Assembly (NCBI GenBank): GCA_964385615.1
Contig: CAYLPP010000001.1
Coordinates: forward strand, 38,220 to 101,184
DNA length: 62,965 bases
Source of the DNA: an uncultured bacterium
Lineage (GTDB): Bacteria > Omnitrophota > Omnitrophia > Omnitrophales > Aquincolibacteriaceae
Direction: 5' to 3'
The notes under the pieces: generated by a model
Seen by the model: the letters and a program-made list of their open reading frames with translations, nothing else
Told to the model about the DNA's origin: nothing
Databases searched by the model: none
Made by a program: the position numbers and the translations under genes
Shown here: in pieces, positions 9,281 through 17,342 of the stretch
Position numbering within the stretch: position 1 is the first letter of the stretch
Layout: each line of letters starts with the position of its first letter

Positions 9281-10204
9281 ATGAAACGCTTCATGGAATG
9301 GCTGACCCATCTTTTTCCGGGCTGGACTTTGCTCGCGGCTTGCGCCGCGCTTTGGCGCCCGGAACTTTTAACCTGGTTTCACGGGCCCTGGATCACCGTG
9401 GGTTTAGGCGTGATCATGCTCGGCATGGGGCTGACCCTGAGCCTGAATGATTTTAAACGTGTCCTTCTTTTTCCCGCGTGGATTGTGACCGGAGTCGTTC
9501 TTCAATACACGATCATGCCGTTTCTGGGCTGGAGCCTGGGTTACGCTTTTCACCTGCCCGCGCCGCTGGCCGTCGGGCTGGTGCTTGTGGCGTGCTGCCC
9601 CGGAGGCACGGCTTCCAATGTGGTGACTTATCTGGCGCGCGCGCATGTCGCGCTGTCGGTCACGCTCACGGCCTGCTCCACCGTGCTCGCGGTCGTCATG
9701 ACGCCGTTTCTGACTTCATGGCTGGCCGGAAGCCGTGTGCAAGTCGACACCTTCGGCCTTCTGCTCAGCACTTTGCAGGTGGTGATTCTTCCAATCGCCG
9801 TGGGCCTTTGGCTTCAGCGTTTCACGCCCCGGCTGACCCGCGCGATTCTTCCTTTTTCACCGCTGACCGCTGTGATTGTGATTTCACTTATCGTGGGATC
9901 AATTATCGGATCGGGAAAACAAATGATTCTCGACAGCGGGCTGAGACTGGCCGGCGCGGTCTTTTGTCTGCACGCGTTGGGATTCGCTTTGGGTTACTGG
10001 CTGAGCCGGCTGATTCACCGCGACCGGATTATCGCGCGCACCGTTTCAATTGAAGTGGGGATGCAAAACTCTGGCCTGGGCGCCGTTCTGGCGCGCGCGC
10101 ATTTCGCCAATCCCGCGACCGCCATTCCAAGCGCGATCTCGAGCCTGACTCACTGCCTGATCGGCAGTTTCTGCGCCGGAGTCTGGCGCGCTCGTAAAAT
10201 TTAA
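9281..10204 (+). CDS. Bile acid:Na+ symporter (BASS/SBF) family transporter
   Basis: Polytopic protein with the CCPGGTASNVVTYLARA signature of the SBF family. Confidence 0.8.
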   Translation: MKRFMEWLTHLFPGWTLLAACAALWRPELLTWFHGPWITVGLGVIMLGMGLTLSLNDFKRVLLFPAWIVTGVVLQYTIMPFLGWSLGYAFHLPAPLAVGLVLVACCPGGTASNVVTYLARAHVALSVTLTACSTVLAVVMTPFLTSWLAGSRVQVDTFGLLLSTLQVVILPIAVGLWLQRFTPRLTRAILPFSPLTAVIVISLIVGSIIGSGKQMILDSGLRLAGAVFCLHALGFALGYWLSRLIHRDRIIARTVSIEVGMQNSGLGAVLARAHFANPATAIPSAISSLTHCLIGSFCAGVWRARKI

Positions 10205-11073
10205 ACTTTTCCCCGCAAGGTTTTAACTTCCGGAATGCGGGCCTGACTGACCGTAACCGGCGGGTTTTGAAGAGGATGATGAAAGGGGCACTCGTCGCCC
10301 AAATAACAACGGCCGGAGCCGTGATACTGCCTTGAAATAACTTTGCCTTCGGGGTTGAGCACGGTGACGTCGTAAGAACCATCGGGGTTGTGGCGCACAA
10401 TCACGGTGTTGCCCAGTGGATCTTTGGTGACATGCGTGTTGGGGTCGCCAAACTCACGGCCCAGCAGGCGCTTGGCATCTTCAACTAAACCGCCCACATT
10501 TCCTTCACGGCCCGTAATGTTGCCGTCTTTATCATACTCCAGCTTGGCGTCCACTTTGGGTTGACCCTGCTCATCACGGCCGAAATGCACCACCTGAATC
10601 AAATGGCCTTCTTCATCGTAATCAAAATCGATCGACTCCGTGATCCCGCCCCCGTTATCCTTTTTATTAACCATGATCAGCCGGCCTTTTTCGTCGTACT
10701 GATACTCTTCAGTGGCGGAGTTAAAATCTTCATCCGTGACTGTGCGCTCAGTGACCCGGCCCTCGCCGTCATAAGTCAGCTCTTCACGGTCATGGCCGTC
10801 TTTATCACGCGTGACTTTTTTTTTGGGTTTCCCCTTGTCATAAGTCGTGGTTTGAGTCGTGCCCTTTTCAGGATCAATTTCCACATGGTCTTTAACCACG
10901 CCGTCTTCGCCGTAATGAGTGCGCCGGATTTCACGGCCCTCGTTGTCTTTGGTGATGTCGGTGTAGCCGTCTCCCGCAGCGCCGTAAACCCGTATAGTGT
11001 CAGCCCACACCCGGGAAGCCATTACCGCCAGCCCCGCCAAAATCAGAAACAAAAATATTTTTGATTTCTTCAT
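10201..11073 (-). CDS. Secreted protein built of YD/RHS-like repeats
   Basis: Signal peptide, then repeated units such as YDGEGRVTERT, YDEKGRLIMV, YDEEGHLIQV and YDKDGNITGRE. Confidence 0.45.
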   Translation of the reverse strand: MKKSKIFLFLILAGLAVMASRVWADTIRVYGAAGDGYTDITKDNEGREIRRTHYGEDGVVKDHVEIDPEKGTTQTTTYDKGKPKKKVTRDKDGHDREELTYDGEGRVTERTVTDEDFNSATEEYQYDEKGRLIMVNKKDNGGGITESIDFDYDEEGHLIQVVHFGRDEQGQPKVDAKLEYDKDGNITGREGNVGGLVEDAKRLLGREFGDPNTHVTKDPLGNTVIVRHNPDGSYDVTVLNPEGKVISRQYHGSGRCYLGDECPFHHPLQNPPVTVSQARIPEVKTLRGKV

Positions 11074-12224
11074 GACTTCCCTCCTCTGATTTTTTGAAAT
11101 TGAGGCAGAACAAATTCGGCCTGCCAGCGCATCAAACCGGCGGTCTTCACCATTTCTTCAATGGATTGCGGTTTATTTTCCATGACCGCTGTCAGCGCCG
11201 CGGCCGTTGCCAGCACCGAAGACTGAATTTTTAATTCACTCGCGACTTTTTTACAGGCATCCGCGAGTGGTTCAATATCCACACGCTCCCCGCGCTTTTC
11301 ATACCACGGCGTTTTCTCACGGTACACGGGCCACTCCGATTGAGGCATTTGCTCCGCGGTTTTAAGCGCGTTCTCAAGCCCCGCCCTAACCTCACCTTTA
11401 AATCTTTGCAGAGCATTGGGGCCTTTTTCCAAAGGCGCTCCGGGGTTTTTGGCCCGCCACTGCGCGGCCTCAACAATGTATTCATTCATCAGAATCATGA
11501 AAGCAGGGCGGTCTTTGCGCCGGGCTTCGGCGTCGCGCCATTTCCAAAGCTCGCGCACAAACACCAATTCATTAGGCTGAAGCACCGATGAGCCTTTCAC
11601 CCGCCACTCGTCTTTAGGGTTAGCTTCCACTTTTCTGGGCGCATCGATCATTTTCACCAAACGCTCGCACCACTCCCGGTGCCAGTCCTCGCGCCCCAAC
11701 GCTTCCAGCTCTTTTTGCTGAAAGTCCGCGATGCGCTCGAGGTATTGAATGTCGTTAGCCGCGTAAATCATCATTTTTTCAGTCAGCGGGCGGATGGACC
11801 AGTCGGCTCTCTGCGAAGATTTTGAAAGCACCACCCCGAAAAACTTTTCCACCAGCGCGGCCAGCCCGATTTTTTCATAACCCAACAGCTGAGACGCAAG
11901 CATGGTGTCAAAAAGCCTGCCCTTGGGCTGAAAACCAAAATCCCTTTTCAACAGGCGAAGGTCGTTGTCCGCCGCGTGAATGATCAGGTCTTTGGTTGAG
12001 AGGACTTCGAAGAATTCATTGAGAGGAACACCCGCGAGAGGGTCGATCAGGTAACACTGTCCCGAAAATCCCACCTGAATCAGGCACACCTTTTCGAAGT
12101 AGTGATGCATACTATCCGCCTCAGTATCCACCACCACCCGCCCCGCGTTTTTTAACACTTGGGTTAAGCGAGCCACTCCCTCAGAAGTATTAATGAGAGC
12201 GTTTTCTAAACTATCTGATTTCAA
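11070..12224 (-). CDS. rnd: Ribonuclease D (DEDD 3'-5' exonuclease + HRDC)
   Basis: VVVDTEADSMHHYFEKVCLIQV (ExoI), HAADNDL (ExoII) and YAANDIQYL (ExoIII). The only plausible start is TTG at 12224, which overlaps the stop of the upstream island gene (TTGA). Confidence 0.8.
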   Translation of the reverse strand: MKSDSLENALINTSEGVARLTQVLKNAGRVVVDTEADSMHHYFEKVCLIQVGFSGQCYLIDPLAGVPLNEFFEVLSTKDLIIHAADNDLRLLKRDFGFQPKGRLFDTMLASQLLGYEKIGLAALVEKFFGVVLSKSSQRADWSIRPLTEKMMIYAANDIQYLERIADFQQKELEALGREDWHREWCERLVKMIDAPRKVEANPKDEWRVKGSSVLQPNELVFVRELWKWRDAEARRKDRPAFMILMNEYIVEAAQWRAKNPGAPLEKGPNALQRFKGEVRAGLENALKTAEQMPQSEWPVYREKTPWYEKRGERVDIEPLADACKKVASELKIQSSVLATAAALTAVMENKPQSIEEMVKTAGLMRWQAEFVLPQFQKIRGGKS

Positions 12225-12913
12225 ACGAACTTGTCTCTTTTCTCTAGATTATGCCTAGCACAAAGCAACTGAATATTCTCGACCATTAAAGACGTACCCC
12301 CTTTTGAGAAGGGCAAATCATGATCAAAATGCAGGTTATCCTTACTCTGACATTTCACACACTGACCTTTATCTCGCTTCCAGACCGCCAATTTTACCTC
12401 TGAAGGAATCATTCGGTCATGCTTTAAATCTTGACGCTCTTCAACTGTCAGAGCATCGTCTTTTTCCAATAACTCAAGTTTAAACTTAAAGACCTTTCGG
12501 CTTCCAGATTTTTCCTGCCAGGCATCGACCAACTGAAAACGGCCGTTATAAACCCAGATTCCATCTCGAATCTTTTCATAAACCCTAATAAGTTCAGGCT
12601 TGGCTTTACCAGCCTTATATCGATTTACAGTTTCCGCGAATTTTCCGTTCTCGGTTAAACTTCCCTTGATAGTCTTATCAGGCTGATCAACTTTTTTAGG
12701 CTCACGGGCATCCCGCTTCGAAGCATCATGCCCCTCATAAATCAAAACTCGCCCATTCTCTTCTACCCTGTCCGCATATGGAGCTCCTTTTCGGACACTC
12801 ATCAAAATAACTGTTTCCCGCCCTTTAAGCCTAAAATTCATCCCTCTTTGAAGATTCGCCTTCTCAATAGAAGTCATCTCCGTATAGGAAATAATATCGC
12901 CAGGCCGAATCAC
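12221..12913 (-). CDS. HNH nuclease, probably the C-protein-controlled restriction endonuclease
   Basis: C-terminal CVKCQSKDNLHFDHDLPFSKGG....NIQLLCARHNLEKRDK (HNH). The GTG start overlaps the C-gene stop (GTGA). The N-terminal ~150 aa are of uncertain fold. Confidence 0.65.
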   Translation of the reverse strand: MIRPGDIISYTEMTSIEKANLQRGMNFRLKGRETVILMSVRKGAPYADRVEENGRVLIYEGHDASKRDAREPKKVDQPDKTIKGSLTENGKFAETVNRYKAGKAKPELIRVYEKIRDGIWVYNGRFQLVDAWQEKSGSRKVFKFKLELLEKDDALTVEERQDLKHDRMIPSEVKLAVWKRDKGQCVKCQSKDNLHFDHDLPFSKGGTSLMVENIQLLCARHNLEKRDKFV

Positions 12914-13137
12914 TGTTTTTCAGCTAGACGAAATAGTTCTGAGGGCTTTAGCGCAAGGGCTTTTGCCAGTTCGTGAATGTTAAGGAGAGAAACATTCCGA
13001 ATGCCGCGTTCAACATCACTCACATAGGTGCGGTGTAGATTGGCGCGATCAGCAAGTTCTTCTTGAGAAATCCCGAGGGCCTGACGACGGAGCCTAACAA
13101 CTTTACCAAAATTGAGAAGCGATTGTTGGGAAGCCAT
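12910..13137 (-). CDS. Restriction-modification controller (C) protein, XRE-type HTH
   Basis: 75 aa. ISQEELADRANLHRTYVSDVERGIRNVSLLNIHELAKAL parallels known C proteins such as C.Esp1396I and C.PvuII. C-boxes lie immediately upstream and a nuclease gene overlaps downstream. Confidence 0.75.
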   Translation of the reverse strand: MASQQSLLNFGKVVRLRRQALGISQEELADRANLHRTYVSDVERGIRNVSLLNIHELAKALALKPSELFRLAEKQ

Positions 13138-13149
13138 GGCTTCAGAATG

Positions 13150-13175
13150 CCTTGGCGATGACTTTAAGTCTACAG
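13150..13175 (-). promoter_or_regulatory. C-box operator pair (GACTTTAAGTC-TACA-GACTATAAGTT)
   Basis: Two GACT-N3-AGTY palindromes separated by 4 bp, 13-38 bp upstream of the C-gene ATG. This matches the published GACT-N3-AGTC C-box architecture. Confidence 0.6.
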
Positions 13176-13420
13176 ACTATAAGTTACAATTCCATATCCA
13201 ACAATCGAGAGATCGATAAAAGTTGAAGAGTTTGCTAGAAAAAGGCCAGTCACAACTACAAATAAAAGAGAAACATATCCCCTTTCATAGCTACTCGCAC
13301 CTTTGAGATCCTAGTATAGACTGGGTTCTATCTGTCTACAGCACTAAAGGATATAACTAACTTTCTTATTATACCCGACGATAATTAGAATACTGATTTT
13401 AGCAAATGGAGGCTCTTTAA

Positions 13421-14899
13421 TTGATTACCAAACTAGAAATCTGGGCAGACAGTTTCCATGAAGGAGAATGGGCCGTCGCCGAGATATCAAAATATTTCAC
13501 AAAAAAATCTGTGACCTATTGCCACGGGTTTATTCCAATTTGGACTTTATATTTTGATAAGAATAATGTTCTCGAAGTAACAATATTCGGTAGTTATCAT
13601 TCATGGGAAACACTACCGAATAAAATCCGGGTTCTTCTAAATTATGGAAAACCAGACTTTATTCTTTATGACCGAACCAAAGACAATATCCTCGTCGCAA
13701 TCGAAGAAACTGCGGCAGTCCCGACCGGCAATCAAGCATTACAGAGATGCGAAAGAATCTTTGGGAGTGCGTTCTCAGGAATCCCATTTATTTATTTAAT
13801 TGGTGAATATGGGATTCATAAGGACGGCCATGTGAGGCGAACTTCAATTTGGCCTACTTTATTGGGGCTAAAGCTATCCCTTCAATTTAAAACATCATCG
13901 CTTTCACTTCATTATTCAGATATCGACAACCCCGAAGATTATGAGGCGGGAGCGGGATTAGCACTTTTATTTGAGTATACCTTTTTAACCGTAAAAACTT
14001 ACCTTGGGTTAATAAATGAAACAGAGTCCAGCAAACTTGAACAAGTCGTATCTAATATTGTATCTAAAATGTGCGATTTCATTATAAGTCAGTGGTCTAG
14101 CATCACCAATTATTTACCAAGCATTGAAAATTTTAAAAATAAAGAATTCTCAAAATCACTTGCTGACAAAATACTTGGAAAACCCAGTAAGCTCAAAATA
14201 GATACTTTTTTGAATTGGCCATTAACAAGCGGCCGAAACACTGGCTCTTTTCCAAAAGAAATCTTATTGGGATACATCAAAAAAGATGATTTTCTGCTGG
14301 GGTTAGACGCTTCTGTCAAGAAGCAAGAGGGATATGTCCTGTCTCAGGGCGCGGGCAGCAAACCTCAAAAACAATCTCAAATCAGAGAATGGATCGCCAC
14401 TCAACAGCAGTTTGCAGATAAAATTAAAATAAAATATAAATGCGACCCCAAGGAGTTCCCATCATCCCCTGGCGGCTTTTATCATATTACAACATCGAAA
14501 AATATTACTTACTTATTAGACGATATTATTCATGTGAAAATTGCTTATGAAAAAGCATTCCACAAGCTTCCCGAACCAATTTCCAATAACATTCAAAACC
14601 GATTTGCTGGAATGCCCGCATTTGTTTATATCTGTAATAGCCTAAAGCCAGGACGGATGTTTCGCGATCCATTTGTCGGCCAATTTGCAACTTTTGCTAG
14701 CATTTTTTCATACGACTGTTCTCGCAAGAAAAAACGAATCACCTTCGTATACCTACCTCATCAAACAGCTGCTCTTTTTTTTAAGGGTGGTAACCTAATA
14801 AAGAACAAGGGAACATTTATTTATAAGGAAATGGCGGATTTCGTTATTTGCAATTCAGGTTCTATCATCGATATGCACAATGAGACATTATTCGCATGA
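13421..14899 (+). CDS. Uncharacterised 492-aa protein with a possible variant PD-(D/E)xK core (putative large nuclease subunit)
   Basis: TTG start 8 nt after GGAGG. KPDFILYD-x10-VAIEETAAV (aa 78-97) resembles a PD...ExK core, but with EET. Its stop overlaps the next gene's start (ATGA). No other family is recognisable by eye. Confidence 0.45.
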   Translation: MITKLEIWADSFHEGEWAVAEISKYFTKKSVTYCHGFIPIWTLYFDKNNVLEVTIFGSYHSWETLPNKIRVLLNYGKPDFILYDRTKDNILVAIEETAAVPTGNQALQRCERIFGSAFSGIPFIYLIGEYGIHKDGHVRRTSIWPTLLGLKLSLQFKTSSLSLHYSDIDNPEDYEAGAGLALLFEYTFLTVKTYLGLINETESSKLEQVVSNIVSKMCDFIISQWSSITNYLPSIENFKNKEFSKSLADKILGKPSKLKIDTFLNWPLTSGRNTGSFPKEILLGYIKKDDFLLGLDASVKKQEGYVLSQGAGSKPQKQSQIREWIATQQQFADKIKIKYKCDPKEFPSSPGGFYHITTSKNITYLLDDIIHVKIAYEKAFHKLPEPISNNIQNRFAGMPAFVYICNSLKPGRMFRDPFVGQFATFASIFSYDCSRKKKRITFVYLPHQTAALFFKGGNLIKNKGTFIYKEMADFVICNSGSIIDMHNETLFA

Positions 14900-15504
14900 A
14901 ACCTAAGTTCGAATATGTAATCACAGAAGAGGTTGTTCGCTTTTGCTTTGAAATCCACCTTAAAAGTAAAAGTAAAGATTGGGCTGTCGCTTTTACAAAT
15001 CCTACTGCTGGACCCTGGAAAAAAATATTCGCTATTGAAGGGACAAAAAAAATCGAAATAGGGCGATATGAAAGAGAAGAGGTTCGTCCCGATCTGATAC
15101 TGCTCAGCAAGTCTTTACGGGCATGCATAATCATTGAAGCGAAAGACGGGTTCGGGAAAATATCCACAGATATGCAGATGCAGAAAAATATTGCTGTCTA
15201 TCTAAAAGAAAAAAAACGATTGCAAGCGGCTCCTTATCTTAGAAAATGGGTCCTCCAAGGAGATACTCTGTTTGTTAACGGCTTGCTCTGGTTTTCAACT
15301 TCTAGAGAGTCTGCAGAACAAATGAAAACTCTATATAAAAGATATGCACAACAGCAAAACAACGATCCGCTCTTAATGGTCGAAGTTATTAAGGAGGGCG
15401 ATGATTTGGTTTGTTACGGATATATCGAGTCAGGGGAAAAAGACATTAAAAAAGCAACGAGTGTTCTAGAAAGTCTTTATTTAAAGAGCAATTCTGATTC
15501 TTGA
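14896..15504 (+). CDS. PD-(D/E)xK nuclease-fold protein (putative small subunit)
   Basis: RPDLILLSKSLRACIIIEAKDG is a canonical PD-x14-ExK motif (aa 65-83). The gene is translationally coupled to the upstream ORF. Confidence 0.6.
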   Translation: MKPKFEYVITEEVVRFCFEIHLKSKSKDWAVAFTNPTAGPWKKIFAIEGTKKIEIGRYEREEVRPDLILLSKSLRACIIIEAKDGFGKISTDMQMQKNIAVYLKEKKRLQAAPYLRKWVLQGDTLFVNGLLWFSTSRESAEQMKTLYKRYAQQQNNDPLLMVEVIKEGDDLVCYGYIESGEKDIKKATSVLESLYLKSNSDS

Positions 15505-17342
15505 GATTGCTTCTTACATTGCTTTGAAGATATTTTAAGCCTATTAATTATTTCCGATATTTCAGGAGCCTCTAAAAAATCGTAGCCGTCGTAAATCCCC
15601 GAGATAATATCCCATGAGACCTTCTTTCCCTTTGCTCGAACTTTTGCAATCGCATTATCAATCTCAGAATCAATAGAGCTAGACGGATTATCTACCTTTA
15701 ACAAATAGTAACTTTCTTTCCTTTTTAAAAAATTAACCCCGATTATTTCTTTAGCCCAATTAGTAGCCTCTGAGATATAACCGTTTTTTAAAATTAGGGC
15801 AACCGCTATTCTGATTATGTGGGGATAATTAAGCCTACCTTCACGCTTAGCGGCCGCTTGCACATAAGCTGCAATTAATTGTTTTTCAAACAACTTCCTA
15901 TTAGTTAAACGCTCTGAAAAATTGTTACTTTTCTGAAAAGTCAAATAATAATCCCCCAAATAACTTCCAGACATAGCAAACCTCGCTTTGGAAGGAACCA
16001 CGGCCGGCAAAACAAGAGATACATCACGATATTGTAATTTAGCGTTTTCAAATCCGTAAATTAATGTATGCCAAGCATCGAGAGATAGCTGATTAAATGT
16101 TACAGTAAAATAACCATTTTCCTTTAGAACATCTGCAGTCGTATTTATTGCCCGAATTATATCAAGCTTGTATCTTTCCCATCTTTTATTACGGTCAGGG
16201 CTATCAGACACAACAATTTCGTCAGCATAGAAAGCAGGTGCTTTAAGCCAAGAGTTCCAAATTGCAGAGACCTCTAGATAGGGAACGCTGTCACCATAAG
16301 GCGGATCTGTAAATACATAACCAATTTTTCCATTAATTTTATATTGAAGCTTTTTAAGAACGTCCGAGCAGTTCCCATTTAATATTTGCGACTTTGCTTG
16401 GCTATTAAAGCTCTTTCTCTTAAGAGAACAAATAGCCGCTAGAGATTTTTTGAAGCGCACATCAAATGTCGCAACTGGATTAACTTCAAGATGCTTCTTT
16501 GCTATCCAAAAACCCGGAACAGACCAGGCAGGTCCCCCTGTAGTTAAACCATTTCGACTCGGAATAAGTCGACTCGCTTGCGTAGAAGTTGCGGTAAGCG
16601 TCAATAAAAAGAAGTTCCTAACAAGGTTGGAAGGAATTGAATGAATAAAATCAGCCATTACTGCCAAAGTCAAAAAAGCTCTTTTTGTATAAAAGCTACG
16701 AGTTGAAGTACCCTCATAACTTAATATCCGTTTATTTGTTAAAAAATTTTGATCATACTTATTTATATCGCTCTTTAAAAAACGCGTATCGGCGCGTTGA
16801 GACTTTGCAGTTTGCTCTTCTAGAATAGCTTTATCTTTATATTCTTTCCCACTTGAATCAGTAACAGAAATAACTCTCGTCGAATGAAGCGTGCCAATAT
16901 TTGCATTAATTCTCTTTCCGCACTTTTGGCACAAAGAGCCATTTACTTCTTGCACAAAGCCACATTCCTTGCATCGCAACACTATGATGTGAGTACAATG
17001 CCTAATTTGCACCCGCCCTAATGAATAAGCCGATTTCAGTTTCTCGGCTATTTTTTCTTGGAAGTCGCTGTATGTCTTCTCTAGCTCTCCTAATGAAACA
17101 TCGCGCAGGAGAACTTCCCCAATTAAGACAGCTACAGGATTGATGTCGATTCCAATACTATCTATACCTAACTTCAAAGATTCAATATTTACTACAGAGC
17201 TTCCGCAAAATGGATCTAAAACATAACTATCTGGGATTGCGTATTTTTTAATAAACTCTCTAACAACATTCGCTGGTTTTCGAGCCCAATATTTATGAAT
17301 TAAATACTCCGAATCGTGTGTTGATGCAGTAAAGATCTTCAT
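15477..17342 (-). CDS. DNA amino-methyltransferase (N6-A or N4-C), motif order X-I...IV, with internal zinc ribbon
   Basis: HKYWARKPANVV..VLDPFCGSSV (motifs X/I) at the N-terminus and FTDPPYGDSVPY (motif IV) ~300 aa later. CKECGF-x9-CQKCG lies between them. Confidence 0.8.
   Translation of the reverse strand: MKIFTASTHDSEYLIHKYWARKPANVVREFIKKYAIPDSYVLDPFCGSSVVNIESLKLGIDSIGIDINPVAVLIGEVLLRDVSLGELEKTYSDFQEKIAEKLKSAYSLGRVQIRHCTHIIVLRCKECGFVQEVNGSLCQKCGKRINANIGTLHSTRVISVTDSSGKEYKDKAILEEQTAKSQRADTRFLKSDINKYDQNFLTNKRILSYEGTSTRSFYTKRAFLTLAVMADFIHSIPSNLVRNFFLLTLTATSTQASRLIPSRNGLTTGGPAWSVPGFWIAKKHLEVNPVATFDVRFKKSLAAICSLKRKSFNSQAKSQILNGNCSDVLKKLQYKINGKIGYVFTDPPYGDSVPYLEVSAIWNSWLKAPAFYADEIVVSDSPDRNKRWERYKLDIIRAINTTADVLKENGYFTVTFNQLSLDAWHTLIYGFENAKLQYRDVSLVLPAVVPSKARFAMSGSYLGDYYLTFQKSNNFSERLTNRKLFEKQLIAAYVQAAAKREGRLNYPHIIRIAVALILKNGYISEATNWAKEIIGVNFLKRKESYYLLKVDNPSSSIDSEIDNAIAKVRAKGKKVSWDIISGIYDGYDFLEAPEISEIINRLKISSKQCKKQSQESELLFK

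Noticed and set aside
13311-13341. A second C-protein site near the A/B promoter (AGTATAGACT and a repeated GTCTACAG 8-mer shared with the C-box region).
   Set aside because: The element is the reverse, not the reverse complement, of a C-box half. The shared 8-mer alone is weak, so it is kept only as something to test if C-protein binding is assayed.
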